NCBI GenBank assembly: GCA_017307915.1
Contig: JAFKGG010000364.1
Coordinates: 9,980-73,979, forward strand
Source: Burkholderiales bacterium
Lineage (GTDB): Bacteria > Pseudomonadota > Gammaproteobacteria > Burkholderiales > Burkholderiaceae_E
Direction: 5' to 3'
Length of the DNA stretch: 64,000 nucleotides
Part shown: positions 36,293-46,075 of the stretch, piece by piece
Numbering within the stretch: the first letter of the stretch is position 1
Layout: every line of letters begins with the position of its first letter
Notes under the pieces: model-generated
What the model was told of the DNA's origin: nothing
Databases searched by the model: none
What the model saw: only the letters and a program-made list of their open reading frames with translations
Program-made: the position numbers and the translations under genes

Positions 36293-37479
36293 CCTTCCTG
36301 GCTGACCGGGCCGGCGCGGTGCGGCGCTATCGCCGCGCTCGCCAATCCGCCCAGAATTTCTTGCGTGTGTTCTCCCAGCATCGGCACCTGCCGCCGCGGC
36401 GCGGTGTCCATGCCCGGCATGCGGAACGGTGCGTGCGGCACCAGGTACTCGCCGGCGCCGTCCTGCACCACGGCCATGGTTCCGCGCTGCCGGATCTGCG
36501 GGCTGCCGATGGCTTCGGCAGCGCTCAGATAGCGCGTGCAGGGCACGCCCTCATGCATCAGGCGCGCTTCGCAATCGGCGCCGCTGCGCTCGCGCGTCCA
36601 CTGCTCGATCAGGCTCATCAACTCGGACCAATGCTTCTCGCGCGAAACGGTGTCGACGAATCGCGGGTCTTGCAGCCACTGCGGGCGATCGATCACGCGC
36701 ACCAGCGCCTCGAAGTTCTTCTGGCTGGTCGGGGCGATCACGATGAAGCCGTCGGCGCATTGCAGCGGCGGATAGACGCGGTGCGCGGCCGATGACGGCG
36801 CCTGCGCCTCCTGGCATTCGGCGACCAGGATGTTCAGCATGCCGTCGAGCAGCGCGACGTCGATGTACTGGCCCTCGCCGCTGCGCTGCCGATGCAGCAG
36901 CGCCGCCTGGATCGCAGCGAAGGCCGACATGCCGCCGAACACGTCGGCGGTGTAGGTCGCCGTGTTCTGCGGCTTGCCGCCGCCTTGATATTGCATCTGG
37001 GCAAGATCGAAGCCGCTGGCGGCATGGATGATCGGCGCATACGCGGGCCGCCGCGCGTCGGGCCCATGCTGGCCGAACCCGGAAATCGAGCAATAGACGA
37101 TGTCGGGCTTGATGCGACGCACGGCCTCGTAGCCGATGCCGAGCCGATCAGCGACACCGGGCCGCCAGTTCTCCACCACCACGTCGCTGGTGGCGGCCAG
37201 CGCCAGCGCGGCCTCGATGCCTGCGCTCGACTTCAAGTCGAGCACGATGCTCTTCTTGCCGCAATTGAGATGGCCGAAGAAGCTGCTGTACCCATCGCGT
37301 ACCGGCCTGCGCCCGCGATTGTGGTCGCCGTGTTTGGGTTCGACCTTGATGACTTCGGCGCCGAGATCCGCCAGCAAGCGGGTGCAGTAAGGGCCCGACA
37401 GCATGTTGGTCAGATCAAGGACGCGCATACCCGCGAGCGGGCCCGCCGTTCCTGGCCGGGGCGCAGAAGCGGAACTCAT
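36289..37479 (-). CDS. Class III CoA-transferase
   Basis: LSGPYCTRLLADLGAEVIKVE, NCGKKS, ENWRPG, ATYTAD. Confidence 0.92.
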   Translation of the reverse strand: MSSASAPRPGTAGPLAGMRVLDLTNMLSGPYCTRLLADLGAEVIKVEPKHGDHNRGRRPVRDGYSSFFGHLNCGKKSIVLDLKSSAGIEAALALAATSDVVVENWRPGVADRLGIGYEAVRRIKPDIVYCSISGFGQHGPDARRPAYAPIIHAASGFDLAQMQYQGGGKPQNTATYTADVFGGMSAFAAIQAALLHRQRSGEGQYIDVALLDGMLNILVAECQEAQAPSSAAHRVYPPLQCADGFIVIAPTSQKNFEALVRVIDRPQWLQDPRFVDTVSREKHWSELMSLIEQWTRERSGADCEARLMHEGVPCTRYLSAAEAIGSPQIRQRGTMAVVQDGAGEYLVPHAPFRMPGMDTAPRRQVPMLGEHTQEILGGLASAAIAPHRAGPVSQEG

Positions 37480-37567
37480 CGAATCTCCTCTTGAATTCGA
37501 TGCGACTATGCGCCGCGTATTAATCTACGTAAACTTAAATTATTGGAACAACTATGCTGGTTTGCTA

Positions 37568-38449
37568 ATGAATCTCGGAGGCCGTGAAATCGATGCATTC
37601 CTGGCGCTCGCCGAAACCAAGCGCTTCGCGATCGCCGCGAAACGCTGCCATGTATCGGCCTCGGCTTTCAGCCAGATCATCAGCCGGCTGGAAGAGCAGG
37701 TCGGCGCGCGCCTGTTCGATCGCAACACCCGGCACGTATCGTTGACGCCCGAAGGCGAAGCCTTTTCGCACGGCGCCTATCGCATCGCGACCGAGCTGCG
37801 CGCCACGATCAACGAACTGCGCGAACGCGCTTCATGGCGAACCGGCCGCGTCACCGTGGCGGCAACGCCGTCGCTGGCCACCGACTGGGTGCCGCGGCGC
37901 CTGGCGATCTATCGCAAATCGTTTCCCAGCATCGCTCTTCGGCTGCACGACGTGACGTCGGAGCGCTGCCTCGTCATGATCGACCGCGGCGAAGTCGACT
38001 TCGGCTTCAATGCCCAGCGGGGCACCGATCTGGAATTCGAAAGCCACTTGCTGTTCATGGAACGCTATTACGTTCTATGCCGCAAGACAGACCCGCTGGC
38101 CAGGTTGAAAGAGATCCGGCTGAAAGACCTGAAAGACCGCGAGATCGTGAAGCTGCCGCTCACCGGCAGCGTCTATCCGCAGATGCTGCCGCTGCTGTCG
38201 TCGGCCCAGGTCAGGGACAGCGGCATGGAAGTGGCCAACTTCGGCACGCTCGCGGGACTGGTGGCGGCCGGCTTCGGCCTGGGCATCGTGCCCGAGCATG
38301 CGCTCGAATTGTGCCGGCGGCCCGGCATCGTCGGCGTTCCGATCAATGCCAATCGGGCGACGCGGCCGGTCTACATGATTCGCCGCCGCGGCCGCAGCCT
38401 TTCTGCGGCGGCGCAGGCGATGTGGGAACAGATCGCGAAAGACTTCTGA
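37568..38449 (+). CDS. LysR-family transcriptional regulator, divergent from the 27-37.5 kb operon
   Basis: FLALAETKRFAIAAKRCHVSASAFSQIISRLE...LFDRNTR.V.LT; AT-rich intergenic spacer. Confidence 0.92.
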   Translation: MNLGGREIDAFLALAETKRFAIAAKRCHVSASAFSQIISRLEEQVGARLFDRNTRHVSLTPEGEAFSHGAYRIATELRATINELRERASWRTGRVTVAATPSLATDWVPRRLAIYRKSFPSIALRLHDVTSERCLVMIDRGEVDFGFNAQRGTDLEFESHLLFMERYYVLCRKTDPLARLKEIRLKDLKDREIVKLPLTGSVYPQMLPLLSSAQVRDSGMEVANFGTLAGLVAAGFGLGIVPEHALELCRRPGIVGVPINANRATRPVYMIRRRGRSLSAAAQAMWEQIAKDF

Positions 38450-38456
38450 GGCCGCG

Positions 38457-38837
38457 TCAGGCCTTCTGCATCGGTTGCCCGTCTTCGGTGCGGGTCAGGC
38501 GATTGCGTTCGTCGACGAACACCACGCGCGGTTGATGCGTGGCCATCTCGGCTTCCGACAGCATCGCGAAGCTGGCGATGATCACCAGATCACCGGTCGA
38601 TGCGCGGCGCGCCGCCGAACCATTGATCGAGATGATGCCGCTGCCGCGCTCGGCGCGCAGCGCATAGGTGACGAAGCGCTCGCCGTTGTCGATGTTCCAG
38701 ATGTGCACCTGCTCGTTGTCGCGGATGTCGGCGGCATCGAGCAGGTCTTCGTCGATCGCGCACGAACCCACGTAGTGCAGTTCGCAATGCGTCACCTTGG
38801 CGCGATGGATCTTCGATTTCAGAAAATGACGAAACAT
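38457..38837 (-). CDS. panD: Aspartate 1-decarboxylase
   Basis: [13 protein letters not shown]|S autocleavage site, [14 protein letters not shown]. Confidence 0.95.
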   Translation of the reverse strand: MFRHFLKSKIHRAKVTHCELHYVGSCAIDEDLLDAADIRDNEQVHIWNIDNGERFVTYALRAERGSGIISINGSAARRASTGDLVIIASFAMLSEAEMATHQPRVVFVDERNRLTRTEDGQPMQKA

Positions 38838-38885
38838 GGTCGATACGTACTTGGCAATGAAGGATGCGGGAAGACCGCCCCGCTG

Positions 38886-39833
38886 TCACGCGGGCGGCGC
38901 GCCGGCGCCTTGCGCCAGCCAGTCGAGCATGGCCGCGTTGCAGGCCGGTGCGCTTTCGTATTGCACCCAGTGGCCGGCATCGTCGATGACCTGCGATGAA
39001 GCTTGCGGCAATACCTGATGAAATGCGTTCAGCGCCGTCTCGATGCCGCCGCTGGATGTGGCGTCGTGGCGGCCCCAGATGCCGCACACCGGCAGCGTCA
39101 CCTGCTGCAAGGCTTCGATCAGCCCCTGCCCGCGCGAGGCGCCGCGGCTGAAGAAGCGCGTGCGCGCCGCATTCTGGCACTGGATCTCGATGGCCAGATC
39201 GTCGATGCGCGCGGGATCGGCGATCATCAGCACCGCCAGGTTGTGGCGGTGCGCCGCGCGCTGCGCCTGCTCGTCGGCAAGGCCGCGCCAGCGCTGCATG
39301 GCCTGATCGCGCGCATTGCGCAGCGCGCCCAGCCCGACGGCGCCCACCAGCATCAGCCGGCGGATGCGGTCGGGGCGCCGGGCCGCCAGATGCGCCGCGA
39401 CGACGCCGCCGAACGAAAAACCGATCAGATCGACCGGCGCGTCGCCCGCGATCGCCACGTCGAGCGCCTGCGACAGCCCCTCGGCCAGTTCGGCCGGGCC
39501 GGCACCCGCCGGCGCATCGGCGGAATCGCCGTAGCCCGGCATGTCGGGCGCCCAGACCGTGTACGAAGCTGACAGCGCCTGCAAATTGAGCACCCAATGG
39601 CGCCACGAACCGGTGCCGCCATGCAGCAACAGCAGCGGCGGCCCCGCGCCCCAGCGGCGCCATACCGAGGTACCGCTGGCCGTGGGCACCTCCACCCGCT
39701 GCGCGGCGGCCTCGAGCCCGGCCAGCCATTGCGCGGGCGCAAGCCCTGTCGGGCGCTGCGCAGCCGCCCGCGCCGCACTCTGGGTGGCGGCCGGCGCGGC
39801 TTCGGCCACGTCGTTTTCGGGGTTTCGTTCCAT
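38886..39833 (-). CDS. Alpha/beta-fold hydrolase
   Basis: LHGGTG, DMPGYGDS, GFSFGG nucleophile elbow, GHW. Confidence 0.9.
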   Translation of the reverse strand: MERNPENDVAEAAPAATQSAARAAAQRPTGLAPAQWLAGLEAAAQRVEVPTASGTSVWRRWGAGPPLLLLHGGTGSWRHWVLNLQALSASYTVWAPDMPGYGDSADAPAGAGPAELAEGLSQALDVAIAGDAPVDLIGFSFGGVVAAHLAARRPDRIRRLMLVGAVGLGALRNARDQAMQRWRGLADEQAQRAAHRHNLAVLMIADPARIDDLAIEIQCQNAARTRFFSRGASRGQGLIEALQQVTLPVCGIWGRHDATSSGGIETALNAFHQVLPQASSQVIDDAGHWVQYESAPACNAAMLDWLAQGAGAPPA

Positions 39834-39979
39834 AACCGCATACTTTAACCCCTGCGCGGCGTTTGTGCCGCGGTGCAGCACGCCGGCGGCCGATCTGTGA
39901 GAGGATCGATCTTTCAGCGCGCCGCCGGCACCGCTGCCGGTGCGGCGCGTCCCGTTCGATTCATTGCGAGACCGACACC

Positions 39980-41041
39980 ATGGACACCGCTTCCGACAGC
40001 GCGCGCGGCGCCGCGCTGCGCTATCCGTTCGACGGCATCCCCGAGGCGGGCGAGGTGCGCGAGGTCGCCGACGGTGTGCTGTGGATCCGCATGCCGCTGC
40101 CGTTCACGCTCACCCACATCAACCTGTGGGCGATCGACGACGGCGACGGCTGGGCGATCGTCGATTCCGGCGTACAGACGCCCGAGACCGCCGCCGCTTG
40201 GCGCACGCTGCTGACCGGCCCGCTGGGCGGGCGCCGCGTCACGCGCGTGTTCGCCACGCACATGCATCCCGATCACATCGGCATGGCCGGCTGGCTGACG
40301 CGCCGTTTCGACTGCCGGCTGTGGATGACGCGGCTCGAATACCTGACCTGTCGCGTGCTGGTGGCCGACACCGGCCGCGCCGCGCCAGCCGACGGCCTGG
40401 CTTTCTATCGCCGCGCCGGCTGGGACGAAGTGGCGATCGAGCAATACCAGGCGCGCTTCGGCGGCTTCGGCAAGAACACCTACGCACTGCCCGACAGCTA
40501 TCACCGCATCCGCGACGGCGATCAGATCCGCATCGGCCCGCGCGACTGGCAGGTGGTGGTCGGCAGCGGTCATTCGCCGGAACACGCCTGCCTGTACTGT
40601 CCGCAATCGAAACTGCTGGTGTCGGGCGATCAGGTGCTGCCGCGCATCTCGTCGAACGTGTCGGTGTTTCCCACCGAGCCCGACGCCGACCCGCTCGCCG
40701 ACTGGCTCGATTCGCTGCGCGACATCGGCCGGCGCGTGCCCGACGATGTGCTGGTGCTGCCGGCGCACAATGAGCCGTTCTACGGCCTGCACGCCCGGCT
40801 GCGCGGGCTCGATCACGGCCATCAGCGCGCGCTCGAACGGCTCAAGCAGGCATTGGCCGAACCCAAACGCGTGGTCGACGTGTTCCGTTCGCTGTTCGCG
40901 CGCGACGTCACCACCGATGCGCACCTGATGAGCATGGCCACCGGCGAGGGCATCGCGCATCTGAACTACCTGATCGGGCGCGGCGAGGCGACCGAATCGG
41001 TCGATGCGCATGGCGTCGCCTGGTATCGCGCAACGTCGTGA
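39980..41041 (+). CDS. Metallo-beta-lactamase-fold hydrolase
   Basis: THMHPDHIG, GHSPEH, SGDQVLP, PAHN. Confidence 0.92.
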   Translation: MDTASDSARGAALRYPFDGIPEAGEVREVADGVLWIRMPLPFTLTHINLWAIDDGDGWAIVDSGVQTPETAAAWRTLLTGPLGGRRVTRVFATHMHPDHIGMAGWLTRRFDCRLWMTRLEYLTCRVLVADTGRAAPADGLAFYRRAGWDEVAIEQYQARFGGFGKNTYALPDSYHRIRDGDQIRIGPRDWQVVVGSGHSPEHACLYCPQSKLLVSGDQVLPRISSNVSVFPTEPDADPLADWLDSLRDIGRRVPDDVLVLPAHNEPFYGLHARLRGLDHGHQRALERLKQALAEPKRVVDVFRSLFARDVTTDAHLMSMATGEGIAHLNYLIGRGEATESVDAHGVAWYRATS

Positions 41042-41099
41042 AGCCGAGCTGCCGCGCGACGCAGGCAACGCACGCCCTGCGCGGCGCTGAGGCCAGACG

Positions 41100-41992
41100 A
41101 TGGATCTAGACCCGATCTCCCTGCGGCTCATCCTGCACGTCGCCGAGACGGGCACGCTGGTGGAAAGCGCCAGGCGCCTGAACATCGTTCCCTCGGCGGC
41201 CAGCAAGCGCGTGGCGATCCTGGAAAGCCAGTTGAAGACGCCGCTGCTGCGGCGGACCAATCACGGCGTGCAGTTGACCGCCGCCGGCCAGGCGCTCGAA
41301 AGCATGGCGCGCCGGGTGCTCGGCGAACTCGACAGCATCGCGCCGATGATCCGCGACTACTCGAAAGGCGTTCGCGGCCGGGTGCGCGTGCTGGCCAGCG
41401 CTTCGGCCATCTGCCTGTTCCTGCCCGACGAGCTGGCGTCGTTCCTGGCCACGCATCCGCAGATCGACGTGCACTTCGAAGAGTGCGACAGCGAACGGAT
41501 CCTCAAAGGCATCGCCGAGAACATCGCCGACATCGGCATCTCGTTCGCGATGCAACATACGTATCCGCTGGAGAGCGCGCTCTACCACCGCTATGAACTG
41601 GCCGTGCTGGTGCCCGCATCGCATGAGCTGGCGCACCGGCGTTCGGTGCCGTTCCACCAGACGCTCGACTATCCGCACGTGGGCCTGTGGGCCAGCAGCG
41701 CGGCCAACCTGTACATGAACCGCCGCGCGGCCGAATTGAACCGCGCCGTCAACTACCGGATGTACGTCGACAGCTATCACTCGATGGCGTTGATGGTGCG
41801 CTCGGCCTGGGCATCGGCATCGTGCCCAGGGGCCTAGTCAAGCCGTTCTCGCGCAACTTCGGCGCCGTCGCCGTCAAGCTCGACGAGTCCTGGGCATCGC
41901 GCGAGCTGAACATCTACTTTCCTTCCCACGATCGCTTGCAGGCGGCGCCGCGGTTGTTGCTGGAACACCTTCGGCGCACCTGCCCCGACTGA
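41100..41992 (+). pseudogene. LysR-family regulator with a 1-bp frameshift near 41804 (or sequencing error)
   Basis: Normal LysR to SMALMVRS; the expected GLGIGIVP...RELNIY...LLEHL continues in another frame to TGA 41990-41992. Confidence 0.85.
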
Positions 41993-42022
41993 GCGATCCG
42001 CGGCCCGCGTGCCGGGCCTGAT

Positions 42023-42047
42023 CCGCATTCACTTTTGGTGAATGCGG
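42023..42047. promoter_or_regulatory. Perfect 10-bp inverted repeat: candidate LysR box (T-N11-A) or terminator hairpin upstream of the bug-Rieske operon
   Basis: CCGCATTCAC-TTTTG-GTGAATGCGG. Confidence 0.55.
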
Positions 42048-42133
42048 GGCTCCGAAAAGTCGCTTTGCCCTGCATCGAGGGCTGTCTAGGATTCGTTGTG
42101 TTCGGCACAACTACAACGATCGGAGACAGTCTG

Positions 42134-43138
42134 ATGACTCGGCATATCGCGCATGCCTCGTTCTGTTCGCGCCGCCGTGCGGCACTCGCCATGCTTGCCG
42201 CCGCGGCGCTGCCCGTCGGCACGGCGAGGGCTTCGAACGGCTTTCCCAACAAACCGGTCAAGATCATCGTGCCCTCGGTCCCCGGCGGCCTGATGGACGT
42301 CTCGGCGCGCCTGATCGGCCCGAAACTCTCCGACCACTGGAAAGTGCCGGTGGTGGTGGAGAACAAGCCCGGCGGCGGCATGGCGATCGGCACCTTGCAG
42401 GCCGCCAAGAGCCCGGCCGACGGCTACACGCTGCTGCTGGCGCATGAAGGCGCCATCGTCATCAACCCGGTGATCGTGGCCAATACGCCCTACTCCGTGA
42501 AGGATTTCGTGCCGCTGGCCCAGGTCTGGGACACCAGCCTGATCCTGCTCATCAACAAGGACGTGCCGGCCGCAAACCTGAAGGAACTCGACGGCTACAT
42601 CAGGCAGAACCCGGACAAGCTCAACTACGCGGTCGCCGACATGATCGGCGAGCTGATGTCCGACATGGTCAAGCAGGCGATGGGCTGGAAGTACACGAAC
42701 ATCATGTACAAGGGCAATCCCGAGCGGGTGCGCAGCGTGATGGCCGGCGAAACGCAGATGACACTGGCCAGCGCCAGCGATGCCTTCACCGCGCTCGACA
42801 CCGGCCGCGTGCGCGCCATGGGCATTTCCTCGATGACGCGTTCGCCGCGCCTGCCGAACATTCCGACGCTGGACGAGGCCGGCATGACCGGCTTCAACCT
42901 GATGAGCTGGGGCGGCCTGTTCGTGCCCGCCGGCACGCCGCCCGACGTCGCCGCCAAGCTCAGCGCCGATGCGCGCCGCGCGCTGGCCGAACCCGACGTG
43001 GTCGAACGCATCGAAGCCGGCGGCAGCCAGGTCGGCGCCCGCATCACGGCGGAGCAGTTCCAGCAACGCATCGCCGCCGACGTCGCGCGCTGGCGCCGAC
43101 TTGCCGAAAGCCGCGGCATGCAGACCTACGACAAATAA
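42134..43138 (+). CDS. Bug/TctC substrate-binding protein
   Basis: SRRRAALAML leader, FPNKPVKIIVP..PGG, VENKPGG, PADGYT. Confidence 0.92.
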   Translation: MTRHIAHASFCSRRRAALAMLAAAALPVGTARASNGFPNKPVKIIVPSVPGGLMDVSARLIGPKLSDHWKVPVVVENKPGGGMAIGTLQAAKSPADGYTLLLAHEGAIVINPVIVANTPYSVKDFVPLAQVWDTSLILLINKDVPAANLKELDGYIRQNPDKLNYAVADMIGELMSDMVKQAMGWKYTNIMYKGNPERVRSVMAGETQMTLASASDAFTALDTGRVRAMGISSMTRSPRLPNIPTLDEAGMTGFNLMSWGGLFVPAGTPPDVAAKLSADARRALAEPDVVERIEAGGSQVGARITAEQFQQRIAADVARWRRLAESRGMQTYDK

Positions 43139-43149
43139 GGCACGACAGC

Positions 43150-44445
43150 ATGAAACGTGAAGAGAACGAACTGCTCACGCAGGTGGGCAAGGGCACGCCG
43201 ATGGGCGAGGTCATGCGGCGCTACTGGCACCCGATCTGTACGTCGGCCGAGCTGCCCACCCCCGATTGCGATCCGCTGCGCACGCGGCTGCTGGGCGAGA
43301 CCTTCGTGGTCTTTCGCGACAGCCATGGCCGCGTCGGCGTGATCGACGAACTGTGCATGCATCGCGGCGCTTCGATGGCGCTGGGGCGAGTGGAAGACGG
43401 CGGCATCCGCTGCATCTATCACGGCTGGAAGTTCGCGGTCGATGGCCGGATCATGGAAACACCCAACCATGAAGATCCCCGCCTGCGCCAGCGCCTGAAG
43501 GCGCCCTGCTATCCGGTCCACGAAAGTGCAGGACTGGTGTGGACGTATATCGGTCCCGCGGAGCATCAGCCGCCGTTCAGGCGCTTCGGCTTCGAAGACG
43601 TTCCCGACGCGAATCGGGTGGTGCTGCGCATCAACGTCAATGCCAACTACCTGCAGTGCTGGGAAGGCGGCACCGATACCTCGCACGTGACGATGCTCCA
43701 CAGCAACGTGGCGCGCCCCAACTGGGCCCTGGGCAACGGCAAAGCGGCCAGCGGCGTGGCCGACGACATGCTGGTGGAGGCCTTCAACGACACCGCGCCC
43801 AAGCTGGAGATCGAAGACACCAGCTTCGGCTTCCACTACGCCGGCATCCGCACCGCGCCGGGCGAAGAAGGCTCGCGGCGCAACGTGCGCATCGTGCCGA
43901 TCTTTCTGCCCGGCGGCCGCATCATTCCGTTCCGCGATTTCTCCACCTGGGTGTTCGAAACGCCGCAAGACGACGAGCACACCAGCACCTACATGATCGA
44001 CGCCAGCGCCACGATGCCGCTCAGCCGGCAGGCGCGGCTGAAGCGTTCCGGATTGATCGAAGAGCGCTTCTACAAGGACAACAACTTCCGCGCGAGCTGG
44101 GACGATCGCCTCGGCCAGAACCGCGATGCGATGCGCAAGCAGCAGAACTGGACCGGCTTTTCCGGCATCAGCCAGGAAGACGCCATCATCTCGACCTCGA
44201 TGGGTCCGGTCTATGACCGCACCCGCGAGCACCTGGTCGCCGCCGACGCCGCCATCGTGCGCCTGCGGCGCAGGCTGCTCGACGCGGTGCGCCTGGTCGA
44301 AGCCGGCAAGACGCCGCCGGCCGCCATGGTGGCCGACATGACGCGGATGCAGGGCTTCGACACCGATTGGGACATTACGCAACGCTGGCAGGACATCGCG
44401 CCCGAGCACCGCATGCATTTCGCCTTGGAAAAGGAACCCGCGTGA
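43150..44445 (+). CDS. Rieske non-heme iron oxygenase, phthalate-dioxygenase/LigX-like oxygenase subunit
   Basis: GTPMGEVMRRYW, CMH...CIYHGW Rieske motif, DTSHVTMLH iron site, EDAIISTSMG. Confidence 0.92.
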   Translation: MKREENELLTQVGKGTPMGEVMRRYWHPICTSAELPTPDCDPLRTRLLGETFVVFRDSHGRVGVIDELCMHRGASMALGRVEDGGIRCIYHGWKFAVDGRIMETPNHEDPRLRQRLKAPCYPVHESAGLVWTYIGPAEHQPPFRRFGFEDVPDANRVVLRINVNANYLQCWEGGTDTSHVTMLHSNVARPNWALGNGKAASGVADDMLVEAFNDTAPKLEIEDTSFGFHYAGIRTAPGEEGSRRNVRIVPIFLPGGRIIPFRDFSTWVFETPQDDEHTSTYMIDASATMPLSRQARLKRSGLIEERFYKDNNFRASWDDRLGQNRDAMRKQQNWTGFSGISQEDAIISTSMGPVYDRTREHLVAADAAIVRLRRRLLDAVRLVEAGKTPPAAMVADMTRMQGFDTDWDITQRWQDIAPEHRMHFALEKEPA

Positions 44446-45230
44446 TGGCCGGGCCAGAGCCGGGCAAACGCCAAGACGGCCGCCTGCGGGAGCGCCGCAT
44501 CGTGATCACCGGCGCGGCCTCCGGCATCGGGTTGGCGACGAGCCGGCTGTTCGCGCTCGAAGGCGCGCGGATCGCGATGATCGATCGCGATGCCGCCGCG
44601 CTGGCCGAGGCCGCCGCCGGCATCGGCCCCGCTGCGCATGCCTGCCAGGCAGACGTGGGCGACGAGGAACAGGTCGGCCGCGCCATCGAACAAGCCGCCG
44701 CCGCGATGTCGGGCATCGACGGCGTGGTCAACGCGGCCGGCGTCAGCCGCCGGCAGCCGTTCACCGAGATGAGCAAGGCCGATTGGTCACAGGTGCTGCG
44801 CGTCAATCTCGATGGCCCGTTCCACGTCTGTAGCGCGGCGCTACCGCATCTGCGCGCCGCCGGCGCCGCGACGGTGGTCAACATCGCTTCCGGCGTGGCC
44901 TTGCGGCCGATCGCCGACTGCGCCGCCTATGCGGCCTCCAAGGGCGGCCTGATCGCCTTCGGCAAGGCCCTGGCGGTCGAGCTGGCGCCCTACGGCATTC
45001 GCGTCAATACGGTGTGCCCCGGCATCGTCGAGACGCCGATGATCCGCCGCAGCATCGACAGCTACGCCGACCCCGAGGCCGTGACGCAGAAGCTGTTCGA
45101 GCGCCGGCTGCTGAAGCGCTTCGGCCAACCGCAGGAAATCGCCCACGCCGTGCTGTTCCTGAGCAACGACGAATGCGCCTACGTCACCGGCAGCGTCTTC
45201 GCCATCGACGGCGGCGGCACGATGCATTGA
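44445..45230 (+). CDS. Short-chain dehydrogenase/reductase
   Basis: TGAASGIG, VNAAG, YAASK, RVNTVCPG. Confidence 0.93.
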   Translation: MAGPEPGKRQDGRLRERRIVITGAASGIGLATSRLFALEGARIAMIDRDAAALAEAAAGIGPAAHACQADVGDEEQVGRAIEQAAAAMSGIDGVVNAAGVSRRQPFTEMSKADWSQVLRVNLDGPFHVCSAALPHLRAAGAATVVNIASGVALRPIADCAAYAASKGGLIAFGKALAVELAPYGIRVNTVCPGIVETPMIRRSIDSYADPEAVTQKLFERRLLKRFGQPQEIAHAVLFLSNDECAYVTGSVFAIDGGGTMH

Positions 45231-45256
45231 ATCTGCCGGATAGCGGAGCCCCATCG

Positions 45257-46075
45257 ATGAACATGGAAGATCCGGCAGCAGTGCCGGACTATGCGCGATT
45301 GTTGCGCCTGGACGGCAAGGGTTTCGTCGTACTCGGCGCCGGACAGGGCATCGGCCGCCAGGTGTGCCATGCGCTGTCGCAGAGCGGCGCGCAGGTGCTG
45401 TGCGTGGATCGCGACGACGCCCTGGCAAGGGCCGTCGCCGACGAGGTGGGCGGCCACGCCTGCGCGGCCGACGTGCTGCAACGCCGTGACGTGGAACGGG
45501 TCTTCGACACGGTACGCAAGACCTTGCAGCGGCCGTTCGGCATCGTCGACATCGTCGGGCGCGCCATGATCGGCCCGATCGACGGCCTCGACGACGACGC
45601 GTATCAGGCACAGCACGACATCGTCTTCAGGCACGCCTGGCTGGCGGTGCAGATCGGCGCGCCGCTGCTGGCCGAGCACGGCGGCGGTTCGATCGTCCTG
45701 GTCGGTTCGCTGTCGGGTGAAGCAGCGCTGCATCACCAGGCCTTGTACGGCTCGGCCAAGGCAGCACTGCATCATTTCGCACGCTGTGCCGCGGTCGAAT
45801 ATGCGCCGCGCGGCGTGCGCATCAACGTCGTGGCGCCCGGCCCGACCCGTACGCCGAGGCTGATGGCGCTGGTCGGCGAAGACTGGTCGGCCATCGAACG
45901 ATCGATCCCGCTGCAACAGGCCGCCGACCCGGCAGACATTGCCGGCGCCGTGCTGTTTCTGGCCAGCGACCTGGCGCGCCAGGTGACCGCGCAGCTCATC
46001 GCGGTGGACGGCGGCGCACTGGCAACCATTTCGCGGCCGTCCAGCGCGGCCATCAAACCACGAGGTCAGGCATGA
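45257..46075 (+). CDS. Short-chain dehydrogenase/reductase
   Basis: GAGQGIG, YGSAK, RINVVAPG. Confidence 0.92.
   Translation: MNMEDPAAVPDYARLLRLDGKGFVVLGAGQGIGRQVCHALSQSGAQVLCVDRDDALARAVADEVGGHACAADVLQRRDVERVFDTVRKTLQRPFGIVDIVGRAMIGPIDGLDDDAYQAQHDIVFRHAWLAVQIGAPLLAEHGGGSIVLVGSLSGEAALHHQALYGSAKAALHHFARCAAVEYAPRGVRINVVAPGPTRTPRLMALVGEDWSAIERSIPLQQAADPADIAGAVLFLASDLARQVTAQLIAVDGGALATISRPSSAAIKPRGQA

Noticed and set aside
39980-41041. Antibiotic-resistance metallo-beta-lactamase
   Set aside because: No signal peptide; length and motifs fit cytoplasmic MBL-fold hydrolases of other function.
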